This document shows, in pieces, positions 23,641 through 38,109 of a stretch of 64,000 nt of DNA (positions are counted from its first letter, which is position 1; each line of letters starts with the position of its first letter). The DNA is taken from the NCBI RefSeq assembly GCF_018977255.1, contig NW_024704743.1:5024001-5088000 (forward strand), written 5' to 3'. This DNA is from Callorhinchus milii. Its lineage: Eukaryota. The notes beneath the pieces are model-generated. The model was given only the letters and a program-made list of their open reading frames with translations. It was not told the DNA's origin and did not search any database. The translations under genes were made by a program, and so were the position numbers.

Positions 23641-24190
23641 CAACAACAACAACAACAAGATTCCATTTATAAAGCGCCTTTCACGTCAGGAGGACGTCCC
23701 AAGGCGCTGCACAGTTGGGTCATGACCCGAGCAGGGGGAAATGGTCAGGGTGAGGGGAGGGAAGGGAGGGAGCGAGGAGGGGGAAGAGAGTCGAGAGGGG
23801 AGCTGAAGGCACGGTCAAAGAGAAAGGTTTTGAGACCGGCCTTGAAGGAGGAAAGGGAGGAAGCGGCGAAGGCACTGGGGATAGAGTTCCAGAGCCTCGG
23901 GGCTGAGAGGCTGAAGGCCCGACCACCGATGGTCGGGCGATTGGGGCGGGGGACGTGGAGCAGACCGGAGCCAGAGGAACGGAGGGTACGGGCAGGTAGG
24001 TAGGGGGATAGTAGGTTGGAGAGGTAGGAGGGAGCAAGGCCGTGAATGGCCTTGTAGGTGAGGATGAGGATCTTGAAATCAATCCTCTGGGGAATGGGGA
24101 GCCAGTGGAGGCGAGCGAGGGTGGGAGTGATGTGGTCCCGAAGCCTGGTGCGGGACAGTACACGAGCTGCAGAGTTCTGAATGACCTGCA
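23641..24190 (-). mobile_element. Young L2 LINE 3' fragment (subfamily A)
   Basis: Uninterrupted ORF2 C-terminus QNSAARVL...HITPTLARLHWLPI...GGRAFSLSAPRLWNSIP; (GTT)n tail. Confidence 0.92.
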
Positions 24191-26214
24191 TTAATCACAA
24201 GATTAATTGGGATGAAGAAGGCCTTTCAACCCATCTGATCTCATCCCTCCAGAATGCCTACCCTAGCGTCCTCCCAACACAGCATCAAGCAATGAAACCA
24301 TCTATCCTGGCCACCTGTTGCAGTTGTTACTGGGTCAAGAAAAACTTCTTAGTGTCTGCCCTGAATTTGCCCTCTGCAACTCTCAACCTGTGTCCTTTTA
24401 TTCATCTTAAAATAAATTTGTCTTTGTGCATCTTAAAATATTGTATGGCTTTGTAACAAAGGATTTTGGAATGCAAAAACAAGGGAATGCTGCTGGGGTT
24501 ATATAAAGCATTTCCCGGTCTCCATTTGAAGTATTGCGTTCAGTCTTGGCGGCCTGACCTTGCAGTTGTGGTTGGGAATGGTTACAATACCAACAGAGCA
24601 GAACTTCATCAAATTATTGGAATTTAGATGCTTCTAACCAGATTACATACCTGTAGTAGCAATGGAACACAAATCCTTGCTGATTCAACAAATACGCTTT
24701 GCAATTAAAACCTGTGAATCCCCTTTGACGATGCACTATATCAAATGCAAGGAGTATTATTATTATTACTATTCACACGTAACTATAAGGTTTGGGGCTA
24801 TCTGACTATTTATCAGAACATGCATCTCCTTATAATGAAAAAAAAGCGAAGAGTTCATTTTGAAACCAAACATCCCAAAAAACCTAGTCATTCGGATAAG
24901 AAATCAAGGAGCTGGAATAAATTAGCTGCTTCATCTATTTGGAAACAGAACGTGCAAAGGAATATCAGATGGCTCCAATCAGGTGAGATGCCGAAATGAC
25001 CAAGATGGAAACAATATGCAAAGGTTGAACTCTAAAAAGACTTGTGAACCTCTAACTGGTCAAATGAGTTACTTAGTCAATTGCTATATATTCAAGTAAG
25101 TCATAAATAATAATATATAATAATCCTTGCATTTGATATAGCACCTTATCACATCATCAAGATGTCTCAAAGCGCTTCACAGAATAATACTGCAACGCGA
25201 ATCGACTGTTTATTTTCGTGAACGAAACGCGGAAGCCAATTGAGCACAGCAGCGTCCCACAAACAGTCGTGGATTAAGTGACCAACTCCCTACCTCAATC
25301 CCTCTGCGTTGTCCCCTTTATTGCCTGCCTTCACATCGCACCTGTGGAACTTCCTCTTCTACCGTGCTCGCAGCCATCTCCCCCTCTCTCACCGGCTCGG
25401 CGTCAAGTTCTCCCACTGTTAAGCGTATAGAGCCGGAAAAGGGCACTGCATAAATACAAGCTGTTGTTGCTGTACCTCTGTCTGTTGTTTACTACCAAAA
25501 TCAGTAAGTTTCCTTACCAGCAGAGATCCGCCACATTAATGTGTGCACTGTACTGACAAAGTATACTCACTGCACAGCAGCTGCAAGTCTGAAAGAAATG
25601 GGTCCTATCATTCCCATAGGCTGTTTAGAAATGGAAAATCTGCTTGTGATTTTTGGAACATGGTTCTAAGCAATTGGAAAGTAAAGAGCTCCGAGCTATG
25701 TTGTTAGTTTACTCACTTCATAAAGCTGAACTCTTAGACGCAATACTTGGTCAATTAAGCAAAACCGGACAGTAGAGTCTAATGGACTGTATGGAGACAG
25801 AGAGAGGATGTGGAATGGTAACCTTTGGCCGGTCATTAATCTTACGCACAACAACAATAACTTGATTTATGTATCATGTAGGGTAGCAAGGGAAGGGGGG
25901 GAAGGGGGGGTGGCCTCCAACAAAGCAGAACTATATTGGGGTATCCACCAGACTGTGAGCTCGAAGTTGCAATGTGGGGCTTAAACCCACAACCTTCCTT
26001 TTCAGAGCACTATCGGCGAACACCACTGCTTCGAAACATCATTGCCACTGAATCTCCCTCACCTGAGAAATTACTCATAAATCATATGGAGATACACGTA
26101 TGGCACTGATGTGAAAGTTGCAGGAGTGGAGTTATATTTTATTTCGGATCCCTGGAGTCTCTCTGGTTGGCGTTGATGCTTAAATCAGCAGACAAGATAT
26201 TGTACCCATCCCTA

Positions 26215-27790
26215 GCCCTCTCCTTACCTCCCAGCTCCACCTCCTTTCCCCTCTACTCACAGACATCATAAACCTCTCCGTGTCCACTGGTCCGGTTCCC
26301 ACCCCATTAAAAATGGTTGTTATCACTCCTATCCTTCCCTCCCTGGACCCAAGTCTATTCTCAAACTACTGCCCCATCTCCAAACTCCCTTTCCTCTCCA
26401 AGGTCCTGGAACGAGTTGTTGCTTCCCAGCTTTGCTCCTTCCTCTCCCACCACTCCCTTCACGAACAACCTCCGATCAGGTTTCCGTGCCACCCACAACA
26501 CAGAAACAGCCCTGGTCAAAGTAACAAATGACATTCTGTCCATCTGAGACCAGGGCTCCCTCTGCCTCCTTGTCCTCCTTGACCTCCCTGCTGGCTTCGA
26601 TACTGTCGATCACTCTATCCTCATCCACCACCTCTCCTCTCACCTCAATCTCCATGACTCTGTCCTTGAATGGTTCAGATCGTCCCTCTCACACCGTCTC
26701 CACTTCATCTCCGCAAACAGTTTCTCCTCTAGCCCCTACACCGTCTTGTGCGGCGTTCCTCAGGGCTCTGTCCTTGTCGTCTCCTCTTAAATATCTATAA
26801 GCTCCCTCATGGTGACATCATCCACAGACATGGGGTCAACTTCCACATGTATGCAGATGACACCCAACTCTACCTCTCTACCTCCACCCTTGACTCCAGG
26901 ACCACTGCTGTCCTGACAGAATGACTGTCAGACATCAAGTCCTGGATGAGATTTTTCTTCAGTTGAACGTCAACAAGATCGAGGCTCTCCTGATTGTCTC
27001 CCATCAAAGTCTCCACACCTCAGGCACTGACAGCATCACCATCCATGGTTGCACACTCCACCTTACTAGGCCAGTCCGGAACCTTGGAGTCTTGTTTGAC
27101 CCTCAACTATCATTTCTACTCCACATCTGCGCCATGACCCGCTCTGCCTTCCCCCACCTCCGCAACATCGCTTGGCTCTGCCACTGTCTCACATCGCAGG
27201 CCACCGAAACCCTCATACACGCTTTTATTACATCGAGCCCCAACTCCTCCCTCCACAGGCTGCAGATCATCCAGAACTCTGCAGCCCGTGTCCTCTCCCG
27301 CACCAGACTCCGTGACCCCTATCACTCCCATCCTTGCCCGACTCCACTGGCTTCCCATCACACAGAGATGCAATTCAAGATCCTGGTTCTCACCTTCAAA
27401 GCCCTTCATGTCTTACTCCCTCCTACCTCTGTGACCTCCTAAAGCCCTACCATCCTGCTCGCTCCCTCTACTCAGCGGACTCCGGCCTGCTTCACGTCCC
27501 CCGCCTTACTCGCCCCACTATTGGCAGGTGGGCCTTCAGCCACTCTGCTCCCCCCACCCTCTGGAACTCCATCCAGCAGTTCCTCCTCCTCGCTCCCTCC
27601 CTTGCCACCTTCAAGACCCATCTTAAGACCGTCCTCTTCGACCGTGCTTTCAAACACCCTGCTACCCCCCCTGCCCTCCACCCTGCCCGATCCTGAACCC
27701 CAGCTCGGGTCCAAAACTCTGACTGTCCGGCGCCTTGGGACGTCCTCTCGAAGTGAAAGGCGCTATACACATGTAATTTTGTTGTTGTTG
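26215..27790 (+). mobile_element. L2 LINE (subfamily A), ~1.6 kb, decayed RT
   Basis: [41 protein letters not shown] and YADDTQLY at DNA level, intact tail. Confidence 0.92.
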
Positions 27791-28154
27791 TATTGTTGTA
27801 CGAGTAACCCTGTTCCATTATTGCTGATTGCTCTCCTTCCACCCAGCCCACAGGCTTGAATTAATAGTTCAGTCTCAATGATACCTGCTGCAATAATTAC
27901 CAATACAATTGGTGGCTTTCACCATAAATATCATGATTATCGGCCTGTGGTGTTCACATTTTGTGTTCCCCCAGGTTTACTCTGTAAAGGGTGGCTATCA
28001 GAATTGGCACAGAAATGCTTTGTTGGAAATAATTTTCACCAGACAGGGAAACAAGGGTGAGCTCCCATTCATAAAGCTCCTTCACCCTTGAACAGACCTC
28101 TCTATCCTTCTATGTTCCTAATAATGATAATCCTTGCATTTGATTTAGGGCCTT

Positions 28155-28542
28155 ATCGACTTCAAGATCCTCACACTTGTGTTCAAATCCCTTCACTCTC
28201 TGGCACCTGTCTCCCTCAGCGACCTCCTCACTCCCCCATCCATCACCCGACACCTCCGCTCGACTGGCACCGGCCTCCTGCTCATCCCTCGCACCCTCCG
28301 CCCCAACATCGGAGGTCACGCTTTCAGCCACTACGCCCCGAAACTCAGGAACACTCTCCCTCATTCCCTCCGCCTTGCCCTCCCACCCCTCTCCCCTTTT
28401 TCAAGTCCTGCCTGAAAACCTTCCTCTTCGACCGTGCTTATGGCCACCTCTCCCCCCCCCCCCCCCCAAGCTTCACCACTGTTAAACACTTTGAGATGCT
28501 ACCCTGCGTGGAGGGCACCATATAAGCCCAAGTTGTTGTTGT
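28155..28542 (+). mobile_element. L2 LINE 3' fragment (subfamily B), nested in an antisense SINE tail
   Basis: FKSLHSLAP...IGGHAFSHYAPKL; B-type tail GAGATGCTACCCTGCGTGGAGGGC. Confidence 0.85.
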
Positions 28543-30639
28543 TATCACACGTTTGAGACGTCTCAAAGCGCTTCACAGAATATACTGTAAAACGAATTGA
28601 TAATTTATTTTGTGGGCGAAACGCAGCTGCCAATTGCGCACAGCAGTGTCCCACAAACAGTTATTATTATTATTGTTGTGTCACCCTGGAATATGAGCTC
28701 AGACCCCTAGTTTTCCGACTCATAGATGAGAATGCTACCAACCGAGCCAATAATATTAATAATAATAATAATAATAATAAAATCCTTTCATTTGATATAG
28801 CATCTTATCACGTCATTGAGACGTCTCCAAGTGCTTCACAGCATGTATTGTAAAGTGGATTTGACTATATTTTGTGGGTGAACCCACCAAACAGTTTACA
28901 CGCTCAACAATGTCCCACAAACAGCCACGGAGTGAGTGACCAATTTTATTTGGTGAATTGTTGAGCCTGCGTTCTTCAAAGTCCACCTGAATAGGCAGAC
29001 AATCTTAGGCTACGAAACACAATCACTCCACTTTACAATATAACCCATAAAGGCATTATACCAAATGCAAGGCTTGTTGTCATCATTATCTTGCGGAATG
29101 ATTCTGAGTTGGACAGTCAACACAAAGGCTGAAATAACCCATGCTGTCTGCTTCCTACTGTGACAGACTTTTAGCAAAGAGCCAAAAATGAATGCTCATC
29201 AGAGGCTGAGACCCGTCTGTCGGCATAATTATTCATTGATCCCATTTCAAATCTAATCTGTCCACGGAAGCTATTTTATTGAGCAAAACAGAGTTCAGGC
29301 CAGGAAGAAGGAGCTACAGTGCTATGCAGTGGTGAGTAGCACCATGGGTATATCGTAGAGGGAGCAGAGCATTGTACGGAGAATGTCTTCAGATTAGGTT
29401 GAGGGGACTTATAAGTCAACAGCTCCTTGTGGGCGATCACTTCTTCTTGATTAGATACAGTTAGGTGACTCGATGGCTTTTGGAGTCCCATGGCATAGTG
29501 GTTCGCAGGTTCGATTCTCGGGCGAGGCGTAATGTTAGGCGAGTTTCCTTACTCTACACGACTCTGTTCACCTAGCAGTAAGCAAGAACACGGTTGTTAG
29601 TCGGTTGATAATAATCCCTCCCAAATTTTTAAACAAATAAATAAATGTGGTCACTCAATCCACACTGCTGGGACACTGCTTTGTGCAATTGGCTGCCACG
29701 TTTTGCCCACAATATATAATTCACTTTGCGGTATACTCTGTGAAACACTTTGAGATGTGATAAGGCGCTATATCAAATGCAAGGATTATTATTATACTGT
29801 TATTGTTATCTTTTCTAGTTAAGCTTTGGAGCTTCATTTTAGGTGAGAATTTGTGGATCCACCGATGGGTCACCTGGTGCTGAATTAAAACACTGGGAAT
29901 GTTTAGTTCCACGTTATTTCTTGACCTAAGTTATTTCTTGACTAAGAACTCTAAGTGAGGTAAGTGTGCGTGAAGACAAGGATGATTGCTGACGACCATC
30001 TTTTCTATCAGTTGTTGATGATGATAATGCGGTTTATCCAAACACAACACTGCGTGACTTCCATACGGTTAGGCAATACTGAATGACGCAATGAGCATAT
30101 ATCGTATCTTTTGCCACACCAGAGATCATTTTGGCTGGAGACAGAGCTGAGTGTTTTGGTGCATTATTGACTTTTGCTTGCTCGTCTCGTCATCGTATTC
30201 CTGTTGCACTGTTATTTTTATATCAGTCAATAAATACAAAGCATGTCAAGCTGACAGTGATGGTTCCTAATGTGTAAGACTCTGTAGCAAACAAGAGGGT
30301 TATTTACTACTTGCAGCGACAGCAGGTAGGTCGAAAAGCATAGACAATAATGACATCAATTGTTTCCCCCATTATTATAAATTATACAGTCAATTCAAGA
30401 AGATATTCTGTGAAGCGCTTTGAGACGTCTCAACGATGTGATGAGGCACTATGTATAATACAAGGATTGTTAATGTTATTCATTCAATTTAAACCACCAG
30501 GAATCTAATAGTAATTTATTTTGCAACGTGAGCAGTTGGTTTCACCTTGTGCTCACAGCCTTGGGTTGTGCAGACACATTTTTGGGTGCAGATTTGTATT
30601 TTGAACACAGACATAAAGTGCCTTTCAACAAAATTTACA

Positions 30640-31092
30640 ATCAGAATAACCCTTACATTTTGTAGAGCGCATTTCATGTCGGAGGACATCCCAAAGTGCT
30701 TCACAAGATATACTACAAAATGCAGTGACTGTGTTTTGTGGATGCACGAATGTATTTCTCTCTAACATGTCATCAGCTTCACGACATGACACCCACTCTC
30801 TCCGCTGAGCACACCCAATTGCGCACAGCAATGTCTCACAAACAGCCCAGAAACAAATGACTAATTTTATCTTTTATTGGTGTGGATTGTTGGCCAGGAT
30901 ACCGGGAGAAACTCCCTTCTCTTTTTTTAATAGTGCCATGAGATCTTTAACAAACAGATGGGTCCTCAATTTAACCCCAGACATTGCATTGGAGTATCAG
31001 CGTGAGCTGTAGGTGTTCCAAGTCCAGATTTGGAGCTGGAATCCACAACCTTCTGACTCAGAGTTGAGAGTGCTTCCAATACAGCCAGGCTG
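30640..31092 (-). mobile_element. Deu-domain SINE
   Basis: Reverse complement of the 8085-8515 family, including the head CCACAACCTTCTGACTCAGAG. Confidence 0.75.
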
Positions 31093-31309
31093 ACATACTT
31101 GTAGCAGGTGGTACTCATCCTAAGCAAAGGATAAGAATCTTGCTTCATCCAGATATTTGGCCTTTCCATTATTTGGCAACGAATGAAAAAAATGATAGAA
31201 TTGTTTTGCTCTTGACAGTATTGCTCAAGTGCATTCTCTACTATAAAATTCAGACTCAAATACCATCAACATCAAAGCAACATAGCCTAGCCAACAACAG
31301 ACTTGAAGA

Positions 31310-32070
31310 TGACACAACGATAGGGAGTGGGGCTAGCAATGAAGAAGACTGCAAGCAACCTTCAAGGGGAAGATAGACAGGTTAGTTGATTGGCCGTAGA
31401 AATAGCAAATTAAATTTAATGTGGACAAATGTGAGATTTGAGAGAAAGAATAAGACCAACAATTGGGAGATAAAATATTAATAGGAGTGAAAGAGCAAAG
31501 GGACTCAGGGTTAATGTACATAAATCCTTAAAGGTGGGAATGAAGGTGGACAAAGCTGTCAAAAAAATCATAATGGAATCTTAAGTTTCATAAATAGGGT
31601 TATAGTATATAAAAGCCAAGAGGTAATGCTAAACTTGTATAAATTGTTAGACTACAGTTATAATATTGTGTCCAATACTGGTGATGTCAAGGTGATATTT
31701 GGGGTGCAGAGGAGATTTGTTTGGATAATTCCGGAGATTAATTTGGTTTGGTTTATGAGCGGAGACTGGAGGAACTGGGACTTTTATCATTGGAACAAAT
31801 AAAGTGGAGGGAGCGACCTGATAAAGGTGTTTCAAATTATGAAGGGTTTTCGTTGCGTCAATAGGGAGAAATTATTTCCACTGATTGTTGAGTCAGTTAC
31901 TAGAGAGCATCAATTTACAATAGTAAGCAACCAAGTAATTGGGGAGGTTAGGAGAAATTTCACACACAGAGTAGTTAGGGTATGAAATGCCTTGCCTAGA
32001 GCAATAGTTGAGCCAAAATCTATATTGGCCTTCAAGAGGAAACTAGACTGATATGTTAAAGAGAGTCAGC
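31310..32070 (+). mobile_element. Old CR1 LINE RT C-terminal fragment
   Basis: Decayed LQEDIDRL..W..K.QIKFNVDKC and LELLSLEQ..RGDLIKVFKIMKG motifs in DNA. Confidence 0.75.
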
Positions 32071-32078
32071 CATGGGGC

Positions 32079-32124
<46 letters not shown>

Positions 32125-32465
32125 CATTTGATATAGCTCCTTATCAAGTCATTGAGACATCTCAAGGTACTTCACAGAATAGATGTAAAATGTATTGACT
32201 GAGTATTTTGTGAGCGAAACACGGCAGTCAATTGCGCACAGCAGTGTCCCACAAACAGTCGTGGATTGAGTGACCACATGTTTTTTTTAAAAAAAGGATT
32301 ATTACGCCTGGAACGACTAACAACTGGGTTCCTACTTACTGCTAGGTAAGCCGAGGTGGGTGGAGTAAGGAAACTTGCCTAAAGTTTCACCCTGCCTGGG
32401 AATCAAACCTCGGGTCCTCTTGTTTACGAGGCGAGTGCTCTGACCAATACTCTACAGGGCTCCAC
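32079..32465 (-). mobile_element. CORE/Deu SINE with long (AAT)n tail
   Basis: Reverse complement of the family consensus. Confidence 0.85.
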
Positions 32466-32873
32466 ATGAGGAAAGGGTGAGTAAACAGGACTGAAAGGAA
32501 CGTTCTGGACGGAGCCCGCACGGACAAGATAGCCTTCTTCTGTGCCATAAATAGTTCTATGGTTCTAGGAATCATGCTTAAAAAATTCCGAAACATTTTC
32601 GGAATTCTTTGAGCAGATAATAAAGCTGGTGGATGACATATTACTGCAACCACATATCTCCAATGTGAGTCCTTAATAAATGCCTTCAGAAAATATCGCA
32701 AGATCAAAAGAGAGGTTCAAATGAAGAAAGCTCTTCAATACATTTGATCTCATCCTTCCAGAATACCCCCATCCTATCTTTCTCCCATCACAGCATCAAG
32801 CTGTTTCTTAAATGAGTCCAGCATCCTGATCTCAAAATAAATTATTTTTTAAAAGAAAGGTCCTGTGCTACAT

Positions 32874-33215
32874 GGAGTCCTGTAGTTTAATGGTTAGAGC
32901 ACTTGTCTTGCAAGCCAAAGACCTGGGTTCGATTCCCGGTAGGGCGAAACTTTGGGCAAGTTCCCTTACTCAACACATCTCTGTTTACCTGGTTGTTAGT
33001 TGATTGGTGGATCGCTTTTCCGGGGATAATAATCTTTCAAAAAATATATAATAATTTGGTCACTCAATCCACGACTGTTTGTGGGACACTGCTGTGCGCA
33101 ATTGGCTGCCGCGTTCCAGCCACAAATATACAGTCAATTCACTTTACAGTGTGTTCTGTGAAACGCTTTGAGACGTTGTGAAAAGCGCTGTATCAAATGC
33201 AATTATTAATTATTT
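32874..33215 (+). mobile_element. CORE/Deu SINE
   Basis: Head TGGAGTCCTGTAG through tail. Confidence 0.85.
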
Positions 33216-34130
33216 TTAGTTAAACGCTTCCTAGCAGCTGTCCTGAAAAGTCCCTTTGCTAACCTGAAGCTGTGCCTATTTGTTCTGCTTCCCTGTGGCT
33301 TATCTAAACTACTGGTTTGGGTTTACTTTTTTTCAACCCCTTTTAAATTTTATTTATCACTATAATTTTTTTTAATTGAGTGTGTCCAATTATCTTTTTT
33401 TTCATTTTCTCTACACTGACACATGTCTTTCTGTTCCCGGTCTGTCTTCTAGGTTACAGAGTTCTAGTTGTCCTAACGGATGCTCATGGATCATTCCTCT
33501 AACATCGGAGATCATCCTCATTGCTCTCCTCTGCAATGCCTCTCAGGTCTGGGCAGACACTTTTAGGTTTGTGGCAATCAGAACTGTATGATGTATTCTC
33601 TTACTGATTCGATGTAACGCGTATGACTTCAAAACATTTCGAAACGACAAATACGATGAGAAACAAGAACTTGCATTTATATACAGCCCGCCTTGCACTC
33701 GGGGTAGCATCTTGGAGCACTTCAAGCAATATGAATGAGATTTCTGGCTCCACATTGCTCTACTGTTGAAATCTATCGTTAAGTTCCACCTGCAAACCTA
33801 CCTCTTCGACCACACCTATCATGACCTCTCTTCCTTTTCCCTTGCTCAGCATCCAACCCCACCACTGTGCAGCGCTCCGAGATGTTATCCTACATGAAGG
33901 ATGCTATAAAAATAGAATTTATTGTTGGTATTCATTCACTTCTTTGGCTCTTTGTGGGATGATACTGCGCACAATTTGGCTGCCACGTTTGCCTACAAAT
34001 ACAAGGTCACCGCTTCCTATGAAACGCTTTGCTTTATCGAATGTAAAGAAGACTATGATTATTATTAATTATCTTGTAAAATATTCAGATGTGGCTCTGC
34101 CATTGCTCCTGGTATCAACGAACCACTTGA

Positions 34131-34437
34131 GTGGAGTCCTGTAGCTCAGTGGTTAGAGCACTCGTCTTGCAAGTGGGTTCAATTCCAGGCAGAGGGCGAA
34201 ACCTTGGGTAAGTTTCCTTACTCCACACGCCCAATAATAATCCCTCCAAAACAAAACAATAATAAATTGATCATTTTCAATCCATGTGAGACATTGCTGT
34301 GCGCAATTGGCTGCCGTGTTTCGCCCATAAATATACGGTCAATTCACTTTACAGTATATTCTGTGAAGCGCTTTGAGGCGTCGAGAAGACGTGAAAAGCA
34401 CTATATCAAATGCAAGGATTATTATTATTATTATTAT
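34131..34437 (+). mobile_element. CORE/Deu SINE, short form
   Basis: Same CORE deletion as the 18885 copy; tail loop GAGAA. Confidence 0.88.
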
Positions 34438-36199
34438 CTGTGAGATGGAAATATGCAGAGTTCCTTTAGGCAGTAAGATTCTAACAGATCAAAAAAAACA
34501 GAGCCGGGCTGAGTGGGCGTGAGGTGTATTTGAATTAATAAAGTAAAGTTCATAATAAATTAATATTTATTATGAATTAATAAAGTTAAGTATGGCTTCA
34601 AAGGTGTTAACAAGGAAATGCCTGGTTAAAGGGTTTTAGAAATAAAGTTTGAATTATTGCTACTGACATTCTTTGCAGACAAAAATCTTACATTTAGCTG
34701 TGAGATGGCACAGCTGAATTGCCATCTCAAATCATCTATGTCAAACCTTTGACAGTAAAATAATCTTGGCTGGATCGATTATTGATTAAAATCAATAGCT
34801 ATGTTCTGATATCAAATTTCTCCGACTTGTTGGTGAGTCCAAAAGAAACAGACATAAACGTTAGCTAATTAACCCGCTAGCTAAATCCAACAGGGGCCAG
34901 AAACAGGAGCGCAAGTCTCTTTTCCCCTCTCTAACCCTGGGAAGTGCTGAAGACAGTTTAAGCTTCCCCGTAAAAAGGATTTTCACCAAATCTAGATTGT
35001 GTGCCAGCCTACCTCGTTTGATAGCACTCTCGCCTCCGAATCAGAAGGTTACGACTTCAAGCCCCACATCGTGGAGTCCCGCAGCATATTGTTCAAAGTG
35101 CTACCAAAACTGAGCTTTCCGGGGGGAAATGATCCCTCGTAAAAAAAATTGATGACTCAATCCTCGACTGTTTGGGGGTCACTGCCCTGCTCAATTAGCT
35201 GCCACGTTCTGCCACCCACCCCCCCCCCCCCAGATATACTGTCAATTCACTTCACAGTATATTCTGTGAAGTGCTTTGAGACGTCTGAACGACGTGATTA
35301 GGCGTTCTATCAAATGCAAGGATTATTATTATTGTCGGGAGTGTTTGTGGGTCAATGCTGTGTGCAAATTGGCTCCTGCGTTGACCTACAAAATACACAC
35401 TATTTTACAGAATATCCTGTGAATCACTTTGAGATGTCTCGACAACACAATTTGAACTCTACCAAATGTAAGGATTTTTATCGTAACTGGGTAAAAAAAA
35501 TAGTTTAAAACGTGTGGTCTGAGATCCTAATCCTGTATGAAGGACACTACATAAATGCAAATTGCTGTTGTGTTTTTCTGTGGTCTTCACGGCTGTTATT
35601 AAGTGGAAACTATCAGCCACTACGTCCCAGACCTCTGCCTAAATATGTTCGCCTATGTCCCCTTTTTGCCCACACCTGAAGACTTTCTTCTTCGCCCACG
35701 CCTACGAACACTCCCCTTTCTCCCCGGCTCGGTATCATGACCGCCGTTGTTCAGTGCTCCGAGACTCTACACAGCGTGAAGGGAGCTGTATAAATGCAAA
35801 TTATAGTCTATCTGAACACACAGTTTCGCTATGTGCTCTTGTAAACTACTCTTACCTCCACCATCAAAAGTAACCCGAGTTTTATTAAATTCTCCTTCAG
35901 GGCTGTATAGCAGTAATCATTTTAGGTCTGTAAAGAGAGATACTCTAAATACTATAATTTCAGCAGGATCTGTTTCTTCTCTCACTTATTGTTTTTAAGA
36001 GTAAGATAAATTATGTTTACAATCCCTCTCCACACTCTCCCGACATAGACTGATTGGATGGCACTCAGTTTCAGCTATCGTATCATTGCAAGTAAGAGAT
36101 CAAATTGGAATAAGGTTTGGCTGGTCACAGCTATATTGCAGTTCTCAGGTTTATAAGATTTAAACATGGTCTTACAGTTAAATCAATAAACGTGTAGAA

Positions 36200-36611
36200 T
36201 TATAATAATAATCGTTGCATTTGATATTGCGCCTTATCACACTGATGAGATGTCTCAAAGCACTTCACTGAATTTACTGTGAAATATGGTGACTTTGAAC
36301 TTTGTGGGCGAACGCAACAGCTAATTTGTCTCACAAACCGCCTTGAAGTGAATGATCGAATTTATTTGGGTGATTGTTGGCCAGTTTACCGGAGAGAAAC
36401 TCCCTTCTCCTTTCAAGTAGCGCAACGGAATCTTTAAAGTCCACCCAAACAGAGACAGGCGGGACATTGGTTTAACTTATCATCTGCAGGCCGGGATCTC
36501 CAGCACTGCATTAGAGCGTCAGCCTAGACTGTGTGCTCAAAGTCCTAATGTGGGGCTTGAACCCACAACCTCTGACCGTGAGGCGAGAATGGTACCACCT
36601 GAGCCAGGCTG
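36200..36611 (-). mobile_element. Deu-domain SINE, near full length
   Basis: Reverse complement of head, Deu body and tail. Confidence 0.78.
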
Positions 36612-37035
36612 AACTGCACATTGGTAGCCACATCATCAATGTGGTAACTTCCCTCCTTCCCCCATTGTAACTGTTCTTTGGCGCCCAGCTTTTTCCAGGA
36701 GGATGGTGTAGATTAATTGCGTGTTTGATCTACTGCATAGTCCATTTAGTTAGACTGGGCTCCAGGCAGGTTTTTAACTAATCCGTGCCCTTTAAATGTC
36801 CTTTTCCCACCAAGTCGGTTAATCAGCACACAATTTCCTGCCAACATATGCAGTAGTGAATATTTCACAGCAATGAGAATTGTGAAGCCGTGTGCGTCTA
36901 TGCTGTGAGCACATCATGCCTGATGTTTGCACTGAATTGAATTACTTTAAACAACGTGAACCCCATCCAGTCAATTTATCCCAGTGCAATAACTGGGAGG
37001 ATGTTTGTTCTGTTCTTCAGGTGCGTATTAAGAAC

Positions 37036-37419
37036 AATAATAATAACCCTTGCATTTGATATAGCGCCTTATCATGTCTTCGAGATGTGCTTCACGGAAT
37101 ATACTGTAAATTGAATTGACTGTATGTTTTGTGGTCGAAACGCGACAGCCAATTTGCGCACAGCAGTGTCCCCACAAACAGTTGTGGATTGAGTGACTAA
37201 ATTATTACTTTTTTTAATTTTATTCCTTTTGGAAGAGATTATTACCCAAGGAAAAGCGATCCGCCAATCAATAAACAACTGGGTTCCTACTTACCGCTGG
37301 GTAAACAGAGTCATGTGGAGTAAGGAAACTTGGCCAACATTTCACCCTGCCCAGGAATCAAACCCAGATCCTCTCGCTTGCGAGGCGACTGCTCTAACCA
37401 CTAAGCTTCAGGACTCCAC
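37036..37419 (-). mobile_element. CORE/Deu SINE, long form
   Basis: Reverse complement, full length. Confidence 0.87.
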
Positions 37420-37434
37420 TCTAGATTAAAGATT

Positions 37435-37862
37435 AAAATCCTTGCATATGGTATAACACCTCACCATTTCGTCAAAATGTCTCAAAGCGCTTCACAGAAT
37501 TTTACTACCGAGTATTTGCAGACAAACCTGAAAGCCAATCTTCTGTATAGCAACGTCCCACAACAAGCATGAAGTGAATGACCAATTTCATCTGGAGGAT
37601 TGTCGACCAGGACATCCGGAGAAATTCCCTTCATTTATTGAATAATGCTGTGGGATTTTTAATGTCCAGCTAGACAGGCATATTTGCAGGAGGTTGGTTT
37701 TAATGTTTCATCTAAACGACGATCTCTCTCGCAGTGCAGAACTCCCCCAGCACTGTATTGGAGTGTCAGCTTAGACTATGTGGGTTCAAAGTACCAATGT
37801 GGGGCTTGGACCCACATCCTTCTGATTCAGAGGTGAGAGTCCTACCAACTGAGCCAGGCTGA
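37435..37862 (-). mobile_element. Deu-domain SINE, near full length
   Basis: Reverse complement, ends CCAACTGAGCCAGGCTGA. Confidence 0.78.
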
Positions 37863-38109
37863 TGCCGGGCTCAGTTAGATCCCATGGCATCCCGAAAAGG
37901 GAAGGGAGTTTGGAATGATAATCGTCGCTTCGATACAGGGCCTTGCACATTGGCGGGTACATCTCAAAGCACTTCACAGGATTTACTGTAAAGTTTAGTA
38001 ACCGTGTGTATTGTAGGTGAACGACATCCATTTCTCCCAAAGTGCTGGCCAACAATCCTCCAGATAAATTGGTCATTCATTCCGTGACTGTTTATGGGAC
38101 CTTGCTGGC

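Noticed and set aside
17200..25620. Possible minus-strand exons (25571-25620, ~19701-19731, ~17205-17288) that could be spliced in frame
   Set aside because: Splice sites are plausible, but the joined peptide resembles nothing I recognise and such sites are expected by chance; needs RNA-seq
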